DNA from: Candidatus Saccharimonadota bacterium
Lineage (GTDB): Archaea; Nanohalarchaeota; Nanosalinia; Nanosalinales; Nanosalinaceae
Assembly (NCBI RefSeq): GCF_047555085.1
Contig: NZ_CP180230.1
Coordinates: 30,001 to 62,000, forward strand
Length of the DNA: 32,000 nt
Reading direction: 5' to 3'
Shown here: positions 25,764 to 32,000 of the stretch, piece by piece
Numbering within the stretch: the stretch's first letter is position 1
Layout: every line of letters starts with the position of its first letter
Made by a program: the position numbers and the translations under genes
Notes under the pieces: generated by a model
Database searches by the model: none
What the model was told of the DNA's origin: nothing
Seen by the model: only the letters and a program-made list of their open reading frames with translations

Positions 25764-26720
25764 ATGGCTGAATGGTACGTACGACAGGAATCCGAGACAA
25801 ATCCAGATTTTGGCTCTATACCTGAGAAAAGATCGGTTGAAGAGCTTCTGGAAAAAGGAATGGTTCTAATCGATAAGCCCTTCGGCCCTACAAGCAACCA
25901 GGTATCTACATGGATCAAGGAAGAACTTGATCTGAAGAAGACAGGCCACTTTGGAACACTTGATCCAAACGCAACAGGAGTCCTGCCAGTAGGCCTTAAC
26001 TCCGGCACACGTATAAACGATGCACTGGCGAAAGCGGACAAAGAATACATCTTCGAGGCAGAGACTGAGGAAGCAAAAGATAAACAGGAAGTCAAGGAGG
26101 CCTTGAAGAGTTTCAGGGGCGTTAACAAGCAGGTACCTCCTGAGAAAAGCGCTGTGAAAAGGGAGGAAAGAGAAAGGGAAGTCTATGATATAGAACTCCT
26201 TGAAGTAGAGGACAGGAAAATTCTTGGAAGAGTTGAATGTGAATCAGGATTCTATGTAAGAGTTCTGATCGATCAACTAGGCGAAAAACTTGATACAGAG
26301 GCCTCTATGAAAGAGTTAAGAAGGACGCGTGAAGGAGATATAACTGAAGATGAGACATCAACGCTTCAGGATGTAGTCGATGCCTATCATTTCTACAATG
26401 AAGGCCGTGAAAAAGAAATAAGAGAAGTACTTCATCCGATCGAAAAAGGCATACAGCACCTGAAGAAGATAGCTGTAAAAGATTCAGCGGTCAACGCAGT
26501 CGCTAACGGAGCAGACCTGGGATCAACAGGAATCTCCAAGCTACAGGACGGCATCAAAGAGGATGACATGGTGGCAGTAATCACACTGAAAGGAGAACTA
26601 GTCGCTCTAGCCGAGGCCCGGATGACATCAGAACAGATGTACTCCGCTGAAGGCACAGCAGCGGAGCTTCAATCCGTCCACATGGATCCTGAAACATACC
26701 CGAAAAGATGGAAGCAGTAA
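25764..26720 (+). CDS. cbf5: tRNA/rRNA pseudouridine synthase Cbf5 (H/ACA RNP catalytic subunit, TruB family)
   Basis: IDKPFGPTSNQVSTWIKE...KTGHFGTLDPNATGVLPV contains the catalytic Asp. Also has QVPPEKSAVKR and a C-terminal PUA-like domain (IAVKDSAVNAVANGADL). Confidence 0.93.
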   Translation: MAEWYVRQESETNPDFGSIPEKRSVEELLEKGMVLIDKPFGPTSNQVSTWIKEELDLKKTGHFGTLDPNATGVLPVGLNSGTRINDALAKADKEYIFEAETEEAKDKQEVKEALKSFRGVNKQVPPEKSAVKREEREREVYDIELLEVEDRKILGRVECESGFYVRVLIDQLGEKLDTEASMKELRRTREGDITEDETSTLQDVVDAYHFYNEGREKEIREVLHPIEKGIQHLKKIAVKDSAVNAVANGADLGSTGISKLQDGIKEDDMVAVITLKGELVALAEARMTSEQMYSAEGTAAELQSVHMDPETYPKRWKQ

Positions 26721-26784
26721 AAACTTCTTCTGATGCTACAGTCCAAATAAAAAAGTGTATAGCTGAAATCAAAATACAGAGGCC

Positions 26785-26790
26785 TTTTTT
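26785..26790 (+). terminator. T6 tract downstream of cbf5, between two AGGCCT copies
   Basis: agAGGCCTTTTTTcctacaAGGCCTtc: the T6 run starts inside the first AGGCCT. The two palindromes could also pair as a 6-bp stem. Confidence 0.35.
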
Positions 26791-26820
26791 CCTACAAGGC
26801 CTTCATCAAATCTGCTACTT

Positions 26821-26906
26821 GCCGAGGTGACTGAGTGGCTAAAGGTGCCACCCTGGAAAGGTGGTGAGCGTTACAGCTCTCCTGGGTTCAAATCCCAGCC
26901 TCGGCG
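26821..26906 (+). tRNA. tRNA-Ser (anticodon GGA)
   Basis: Hand-folded. Acceptor GCCGAGG/CCTCGGC plus discriminator G; anticodon stem CCACC/GGTGG with loop CTGGAAA; long variable arm TGAGCGTTACAGCTCTC; T-arm CTGGGTTCAAATCCCAG. A T5 tract follows at 26914-26918. Confidence 0.9.
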
Positions 26907-26958
26907 TAAATTCTTTTTCTGGCATTTGATGTAAGAAGCTCCATTATCTGCGAGCTTC

Positions 26959-26981
26959 GGGTTCAAATCCCAGCCTCGGCG
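26959..26981 (+). repeat. Exact 23-nt duplicate of the tRNA-Ser 3' end (T-loop plus 3' acceptor)
   Basis: gggttcaaatcccagcctcggcg at 26959-26981 is identical to 26884-26906. It is preceded by a 7-bp hairpin gaagctc-N10-gagcttc. No matching 5' acceptor strand exists, so this is not a second tRNA. Confidence 0.85.
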
Positions 26982-26987
26982 TGTTAA

Positions 26988-27356
26988 CTATTCTTTCTTG
27001 GCGTTTGAGACAAGTATCTCCCTCTTCAAATGGTACTCCTCTTTCTGAAGGGAGGCCGTGTAAAGCGCCACTGCGTAAAGCATCAGTAGAAATGTAACTC
27101 CGATATAGGATGCAATCTGATTGATTATCCTCAGATGCGGTACTCCGAAAGAAGCCGCCACAGAGGTAATCACTCCGGCGTATAACAATGTTTTAATCGA
27201 CATCTGAACCAGTTTCCTGTTCCTGTACTTTTTCCGGGAGGCCTCGTACTCCTCGTATTCATCTGAACTGTAGAACTCTTCATCGTCCTCGAAATGCTGT
27301 CGTAGTTCTATATCAGCACGTCCCAGCGGCGTAAGTCTGAAGATTTGATCTTTCAT
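26988..27356 (-). CDS. Small membrane protein, hypothetical
   Basis: 122 aa with an acidic N-terminal half followed by two predicted TM helices (TLLYAGVITSVAASFGV; IASYIGVTFLLMLYAVALYTA). No family recognised. Confidence 0.55.
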   Translation of the reverse strand: MKDQIFRLTPLGRADIELRQHFEDDEEFYSSDEYEEYEASRKKYRNRKLVQMSIKTLLYAGVITSVAASFGVPHLRIINQIASYIGVTFLLMLYAVALYTASLQKEEYHLKREILVSNAKKE

Positions 27357-27422
27357 ACAAGTCTATTTTTACAGGCCTCTACTTTTATCCTTCGAACAAT
27401 TCCCCGGAACTGAAAATATAAA

Positions 27423-28583
27423 ATGCTTGCAGATGTATTGCTACCTGTGAAAAGCGACAGAAAAATAGATGTTTTTGCTGTTTCTGCAATACTCCTTTTC
27501 GGATCTGTCGTCGGAGCATTCGCCATGTACAGTCACATGGATGAAAGGCTTCAGCAACTAGAGCATGACAATTCTCCGCAGATAATTTACATGAATGGCT
27601 CCGCATCACCGGGACAGGGATTCACGGAGCTTTTTGACAGCCTTGATCAATCAGTAGTCTCGGTATCAGCTCTTGGAGAAGAAAGCTCACAGGGTTCAGG
27701 ATTCGTCTACTCTAAAGAAGGTCATATAGTCACAAATGAGCATGTTATAGACGATGCAGAACGCGTAAAAGTAACTTTTACTGAAGGACGAAGCTACGAT
27801 GCAGAAATCATAGGGATGGATCCTAACTCCGATCTAGCAGTCCTCAAGGTCGATAGAAACAACTTGAGGCCTCTGGATCTCGGAAACATATCTGAAGTGA
27901 AAGTAGGCCAAACTGCAATAGCTATAGGAAATCCATTCGGGCTGAGAGGTACAATGACTTCAGGCATAATATCTCAGAAAGGCAGAACGCTTCCTACAGA
28001 AACAGGATTCTCAATTCCAAATGTTATACAGACCGATGCCGCCATTAATCCCGGGAACTCAGGAGGCCCGCTTCTGAACGCAAAAGGTGAAGTAGTCGGC
28101 GTAAACACTGCTATAGAAAGTAGAACAGGAACATTCTCCGGCATAGGCTTCGCCATACCGGTAAGCCAGGTAAAAATGGTGGTTCCAAGAATGATAGAAG
28201 AAGAATCTGATGTAGAATATCCTTGGCTTGGAGTATCAGGATATACAGTAACTCCTGCGATAGCTGACGCGATGAATATAACAGAGGCCTCAGGTTTCCT
28301 TATTGTAGAGGTTGTAGACGACAGCCCAGCTGAAGAAGCAGGATTTGTAGCAAGTAATACAACAGTTGAAATTAATGGAAGAGATACTTTGATCGGAGGA
28401 GATATAATCAAAGCTATAGACGGAAGAACGGTAGAGGGAACAGGAGATGTTCTTACGTTCCTTCCTAGGTATCACAGGCCCGGAGAAGAGATCAATATCA
28501 CGGTGCTTAGGGATGGAGAGGAGGTAGATCTTCCTGTAGTTCTTGGAAGCAGAAGCTCTAGTGCGGCTGGTAACGTAGAATAG
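27423..28583 (+). CDS. HtrA/DegP-family serine protease with C-terminal PDZ domain
   Basis: N-terminal TM anchor and trypsin-like catalytic triad contexts: VTNEHVI (His), DLAVLKV (Asp), GNSGGPLLN (Ser). PDZ-like GFLIVEVVDDSPAEEAG...GDIIKAIDG. Confidence 0.9.
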   Translation: MLADVLLPVKSDRKIDVFAVSAILLFGSVVGAFAMYSHMDERLQQLEHDNSPQIIYMNGSASPGQGFTELFDSLDQSVVSVSALGEESSQGSGFVYSKEGHIVTNEHVIDDAERVKVTFTEGRSYDAEIIGMDPNSDLAVLKVDRNNLRPLDLGNISEVKVGQTAIAIGNPFGLRGTMTSGIISQKGRTLPTETGFSIPNVIQTDAAINPGNSGGPLLNAKGEVVGVNTAIESRTGTFSGIGFAIPVSQVKMVVPRMIEEESDVEYPWLGVSGYTVTPAIADAMNITEASGFLIVEVVDDSPAEEAGFVASNTTVEINGRDTLIGGDIIKAIDGRTVEGTGDVLTFLPRYHRPGEEINITVLRDGEEVDLPVVLGSRSSSAAGNVE

Positions 28584-29547
28584 CGGCCTTTCCTCCGAGA
28601 TTTTCCAGTCTTTTCCCGGCCTCGTGGTCGATGTGAACGATCTCTACTTCACCGCCCATTTCCTCAACTTTCTTTGCCAGTTCATGTTCCTCCCGGTACT
28701 TTTCCGCTGTCAGAATCAGTTTCTCAACAGCACCTTGATTCACAAGATCGTTCACTGGAGCTCCATATGAAACTTTATCGTCCTCTCTCAAGGCCTCCAT
28801 GAGTTCTTCTATAGTCCTTGACTCATCAGAGATACGTGAACTCTCCACCACTTTGTCCAGAGCACCTCTCTTGATAGCTTCGTTAAGGCCTGTACGTCCG
28901 ATAACGGAAGTATCCTGCATCAAAGTCTTGCTGATTATTTCCTCGTCAAGCATGTTCTTTATCTTGTTCTTCTCAAATCCGGGCCCGCAGAGAACAATAT
29001 GATCAACGTTCCGCGAAGATCTCTTGATAACTTCCTTCACCTGATTGTGAAAGTTTCCACTATCTATCTGATCGCTGTACAGCTTCCCTGGAATATTCAG
29101 ATCAATCTTTGAAAGGTTCTTGATCCCTGACTCCTCCACTATGTAGAAATCGGCTTCTCCTTTCTGCACAAGTACGAAAAGCACTCTGTAAGAGTGATGT
29201 GACTCGGCCTCTTCAAGTCGCTCCCACTCCTCTTCGGAGAAATCCTTCCAGATCTCGAACTCTTTACCGGGCTCCAGATTGAAAGTGTGGTATCCCATCT
29301 CGACATCCTCATCACCTCTCGTGATCTCTCCCGTAACTCTGAGACGGTTCTCCTGGTATTCAACTTTTTCTGTTCTCAGAGTAAGATGCGTCGCCTTCTT
29401 CTCCCTGCTATCTCGTTTCGTCCTCTGTGTAAAGGCCTTAACTGTATCACCTTCCCCGATTATATCTTTCAGGTACCAGAGATCATCCTCGTTTTCTATC
29501 TCTATCCTGACGTATCCGTCGGACCTGTCTGATTTCAATATTTCCAT
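28558..29547 (-). CDS. pelA: Pelota (aPelota/Dom34, ribosome rescue factor)
   Basis: The N-terminus VRIEIENEDDLWYLKDIIGEGDTVKAFTQR is the Pelota signature. 329 aa with an eRF1-like domain layout. It overlaps the htrA 3' end by 26 nt in convergent orientation. Confidence 0.88.
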   Translation of the reverse strand: MEILKSDRSDGYVRIEIENEDDLWYLKDIIGEGDTVKAFTQRTKRDSREKKATHLTLRTEKVEYQENRLRVTGEITRGDEDVEMGYHTFNLEPGKEFEIWKDFSEEEWERLEEAESHHSYRVLFVLVQKGEADFYIVEESGIKNLSKIDLNIPGKLYSDQIDSGNFHNQVKEVIKRSSRNVDHIVLCGPGFEKNKIKNMLDEEIISKTLMQDTSVIGRTGLNEAIKRGALDKVVESSRISDESRTIEELMEALREDDKVSYGAPVNDLVNQGAVEKLILTAEKYREEHELAKKVEEMGGEVEIVHIDHEAGKRLENLGGKAAILRYQPH

Positions 29548-29601
29548 ACTGGAGAATGACCGGCCTACAAATAAAAACCTCCGAAACCCAGTAACTCACA
29601 T

Positions 29602-30750
29602 ATGGCAGAAAGGTTCGGCGTCGTAGTTGCAATAGGCCTGACATTCTTCGGCTTAATGCTTATAGCATCCCAGGATATAGATGTAGGATTTAATTTTGGC
29701 GGCGGCGACCAGCAGGATGATCTTGTAATGGTGTCCGAAAGCTTTGGAGAGCTTGGAGGAGCAACTGAAGATGTCAGAACAACAAGCTTCGGAACATTCA
29801 ACATAGGAGAGGGAATGGGCCAGATACAGGCCTACCAGAACAACAGGGAAACTGTAAGTAACTCTCTTTTCTCTGAGGACAGTATAAGCTTTGAATACAA
29901 TGCAACTCAGCCAGAGAATGCGGAAATATCATTTGAAGTACTGGGAAAGGAAGGCTCAGGAGCGCTATATATCGAGGTAAATGGACAGAGAATATTCGAA
30001 AACCAGCTAGTTACATCCGCTACAGAAGAGATCAACGTATCTTCGGAGCATTTGAGGCCCGGAATCAATAATTTCAAGGTAGGAACTAACAAGGGAGGCC
30101 TCCTGGGATCCACAGAATATGCCTTAGAAGATGTAGAGGCCTATGTGCATGATAGAAGATTCAATGATCACAGGGACAACTTCCAGATATACCAGTACGA
30201 GTTAACTGACTTTGTAGGAGCTAATCTAAGCTTCAACATTCCTGTAGATTCTTCAGTAGTTACAGAGCCTCTTGAAATAGATGTCAACGGTAATGAAGTC
30301 TTCAGCGAAAGATCTGTAAGATCAGATCAATCTGTATCAATAACACCATCCAACTCAAATCTTAATCCAGGCTACAATACTGTAACTTTCTCAACAGAAG
30401 CTAATGCCAGATACACGCTTGAAAATGCGCAGATGGCAGTAAGATATATCGGCACTACGCAAGGAGTTGAAAGAGATCTAGACTTCGAGCTTTCAGAGCA
30501 AGATCTATCGTTCGTAGAGCGTGAAACTACTGCTGAAACTCTGAAGTTTGATTACCAGTTCCTTACCGGAGACAGAGAAATCAGGTTCACGTTAAATGAC
30601 TATAATACTAGTATAAGTCCTGATAATGGGGAGAACGTTCTAGACATTCCTGAAGAAGTTTTCAGGGAGGATAATACTTTGAGTATCGAGGGGCAGGGAG
30701 CATTCACATTAAATGATTTGACTCTTAGCTCCGAGGTGACAGAAGAGTGA
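29602..30750 (+). CDS. Membrane-anchored or secreted protein with three tandem ~75-90-aa repeats (hypothetical)
   Basis: N-terminal hydrophobic anchor MAERFGVVVAIGLTFFGLMLIA. Three related segments follow (about nt 29926-30147, 30226-30447, 30541-30732), sharing the pattern [IL]xF...I[ED]VNGxxxF...L[NR]PGxN...Y[AT]LE. No family recognised. Confidence 0.65.
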   Translation: MAERFGVVVAIGLTFFGLMLIASQDIDVGFNFGGGDQQDDLVMVSESFGELGGATEDVRTTSFGTFNIGEGMGQIQAYQNNRETVSNSLFSEDSISFEYNATQPENAEISFEVLGKEGSGALYIEVNGQRIFENQLVTSATEEINVSSEHLRPGINNFKVGTNKGGLLGSTEYALEDVEAYVHDRRFNDHRDNFQIYQYELTDFVGANLSFNIPVDSSVVTEPLEIDVNGNEVFSERSVRSDQSVSITPSNSNLNPGYNTVTFSTEANARYTLENAQMAVRYIGTTQGVERDLDFELSEQDLSFVERETTAETLKFDYQFLTGDREIRFTLNDYNTSISPDNGENVLDIPEEVFREDNTLSIEGQGAFTLNDLTLSSEVTEE

Positions 30751-32000
30751 GTCTGAAAGGCTGGGCAATCGCAATAATCCTTTCACCTTTCACTCTAGGC
30801 CTCTCGGTACCGCTTTATTTCTGGTACTGGTTCCTGAAGAAAATCGGCAAATGGTACATCAGAGGCCTCAAAATATTCTTCCTGATGCCAGCCGCGATAG
30901 TGCTGTACATAATAGCGCGCATAATAGAGGCTATAGTCGGCGACGTCGAATGGCTGGTATCAATATTCACAGGCGGTATACGAAACATGGAGGCTCAGGG
31001 AGACTCTGCGATTTCAATTCCAGGCCTCAGCCAGTTTAAGCTACGCTACATTGCAGCCTTTGCAGTAGCACTTTACGTTGACTTTGTGCTTTTCATCCAG
31101 CCCCTGGTGTCTGGAGGAGTCCCTGAATTTTCCTTTGCAACTTTCACAAGCTTCTTCGCTGTAGGCCTGCCATTTATCGTTCTTGTAATTTTCAGTGGCC
31201 TTATCAACAAATGGCAAGGAGCAGATATTTCTGGTTCGACTAAAAAACTTGCAGGATCGGGTGTGGCAGCAGGAGCAGGAGCAGCAGGAGCTGCTGCCGC
31301 AGCACCTGGTGAGGCGGTAGGAAGTGCTGCAGGAGGAGCCGCTAATGCTGCCGGCGCTGCAAAAGATGCAGCAGAAATGTATGAAGATATTGAAGTTGCA
31401 GAAGCAGCAGAGACAGTCAGTGCAGGAGGTGCAGAGGCGGCTGGAGCTGAAGGAATAATCGCAGCTGTAGGTGGATCTTCGGTTGCAGCTGTAGGCGGTC
31501 CGATTCTACTGGCTGCTATTGCAGCGTGGATAATATACAGTATAATTGCAATTGTGATCTCTATAATTCTCCTGGGAATGACTTGGGGTTATGTATCACA
31601 GCTACTTCCTATAATTGCAGGGCCGATAATGGGGGCTATAGGCCTAGGCTCATCATATGCCAACTGGTTTGGAGAGAGTACTACTAATCAGTTCGCTCCA
31701 CAGGTTGATACAGCCTTTGCCGAAGAAAAACGCGCCATTCAGCAGGTAGGTGCCAGACTGGGATGTGTCCTAGAAGGCCCACAGTGTCTAAGACAGTGGA
31801 GAATGAACAATACGGTAAGGCCTGGTTCAGAGGCTGTAGGAGAAACTTATGAGCTCAGCATCGATCAGTTTGGACTAGGTGTGGAAAGAATAGATACTGC
31901 ATACAAGGAAGAAAATTATGTTTTACCTGTTAATTTCCTTGTTTCAAATGCTCGTAATGGCTTGAAAGGTATTACGGCCCGTGATGTGAAGTACAAGATA
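30747..32000 (+). CDS. Large multipass membrane protein with Ala/Gly-rich linker (5' part; continues past the window end)
   Basis: This ORF is not in the supplied track because it has no stop. I translated 418 uninterrupted codons from GTG 30747 to the window edge. The GTG overlaps the upstream TGA (GTGA). It has about 4 TM helices, then about 85 aa of A/G-rich low complexity, then 2 more TM helices, then a soluble domain with a CxxxxxxC pair. The track ORF 30851-31039 is out of frame inside it. Confidence 0.7.
   Translation, partial: MSLKGWAIAIILSPFTLGLSVPLYFWYWFLKKIGKWYIRGLKIFFLMPAAIVLYIIARIIEAIVGDVEWLVSIFTGGIRNMEAQGDSAISIPGLSQFKLRYIAAFAVALYVDFVLFIQPLVSGGVPEFSFATFTSFFAVGLPFIVLVIFSGLINKWQGADISGSTKKLAGSGVAAGAGAAGAAAAAPGEAVGSAAGGAANAAGAAKDAAEMYEDIEVAEAAETVSAGGAEAAGAEGIIAAVGGSSVAAVGGPILLAAIAAWIIYSIIAIVISIILLGMTWGYVSQLLPIIAGPIMGAIGLGSSYANWFGESTTNQFAPQVDTAFAEEKRAIQQVGARLGCVLEGPQCLRQWRMNNTVRPGSEAVGETYELSIDQFGLGVERIDTAYKEENYVLPVNFLVSNARNGLKGITARDVKYKI
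31249..31500 (+). repeat. Low-complexity GCA/GGA/GCT-rich tract encoding an Ala/Gly-rich linker
   Basis: Example sequence: gcaggagcaggagcagcaggagctgctgccgcagca... It encodes AGSGVAAGAGAAGAAAAAPGEAVGSAAGGAANAAGAAKDAAE...AGGAEAAGAEGIIAAVGGSSVAAVGG. Confidence 0.8.

Noticed and set aside
26780-26802. The two AGGCCT copies flanking a T6 tract, considered as a bacterial-style intrinsic terminator hairpin.
   Set aside because: The T-run would lie inside the loop rather than after the stem, and the stem would be only 6 bp. The oligo-T tract alone is retained as a weak archaeal terminator candidate. The motif pair is probably just part of the genome-wide AGGCCT excess.
26907-26981. The idea that the tRNA-Ser 3' fragment is the 3' half of a split tRNA gene, as in Nanoarchaeum, or a second tRNA.
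   Set aside because: The copy covers only the T-loop and 3' acceptor (23 nt). The would-be T-stem 5' strand (tcggg) does not pair properly. No 5' acceptor strand or anticodon arm precedes it, and the complete tRNA-Ser is intact just upstream.
30851-31039. The 62-aa ORF, the only track entry downstream of 30750.
   Set aside because: It is out of frame within a much longer open frame (30747 to the window end) that encodes plausible TM helices. Its own product is Arg/His-rich and unlike the local proteome.

Overview
The window is an archaeal core-genome region. The evidence is the eS4, eL32 and eL19 ribosomal proteins plus aSUI1, RNase P Rpp29, Cbf5, Pelota, archease-RtcB and Dph2. The proteins are strongly acidic (Asp/Glu-rich) and GC looks moderate by eye. 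The gene content is compact, and adk is absent from its usual place after secY. Together these suggest a salt-in halophile, possibly a nanohaloarchaeon or other DPANN-type archaeon; this lineage call is inference only.

Positions 9.3-25 kb hold the ribosomal-protein superoperon uL3 to uL15 followed by secY. Most internal genes have GGAGGTGA-like Shine-Dalgarno sequences, and several junctions are overlapping TAATG stop/start pairs. Two non-ribosomal genes interrupt the operon: an S66 LD-carboxypeptidase/MccF-like peptidase and a sequon-rich secreted protein. A second promoter with a long leader precedes uS17.

The flanks carry dph2, a divergent FAD oxidoreductase/TauE pair, tRNA-Asp, a NUDIX hydrolase, cmk, archease-rtcB, a Tat lipoprotein, a DUF106/YidC-like gene, cbf5, tRNA-Ser, an HtrA protease and pelota. 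At the 3' end is a translationally coupled pair of uncharacterised membrane/surface proteins, the second running off the window.

The most unusual signals are:
- The palindrome AGGCCT is extremely over-represented, about 110 copies by hand count against single digits expected. It occurs in all reading frames and in intergenic DNA.
- uS3 and uL24 share a homologous C-terminal module of about 50 aa, each attached through a long poly-acidic linker.
- A 23-nt copy of the tRNA-Ser 3' end lies 52 nt downstream of the gene, resembling an att scar.
- The terminal membrane/surface operon has three internal repeats in its first protein and an Ala/Gly-rich multipass partner.

I saw no CRISPR array, IS element, integrase or rRNA.
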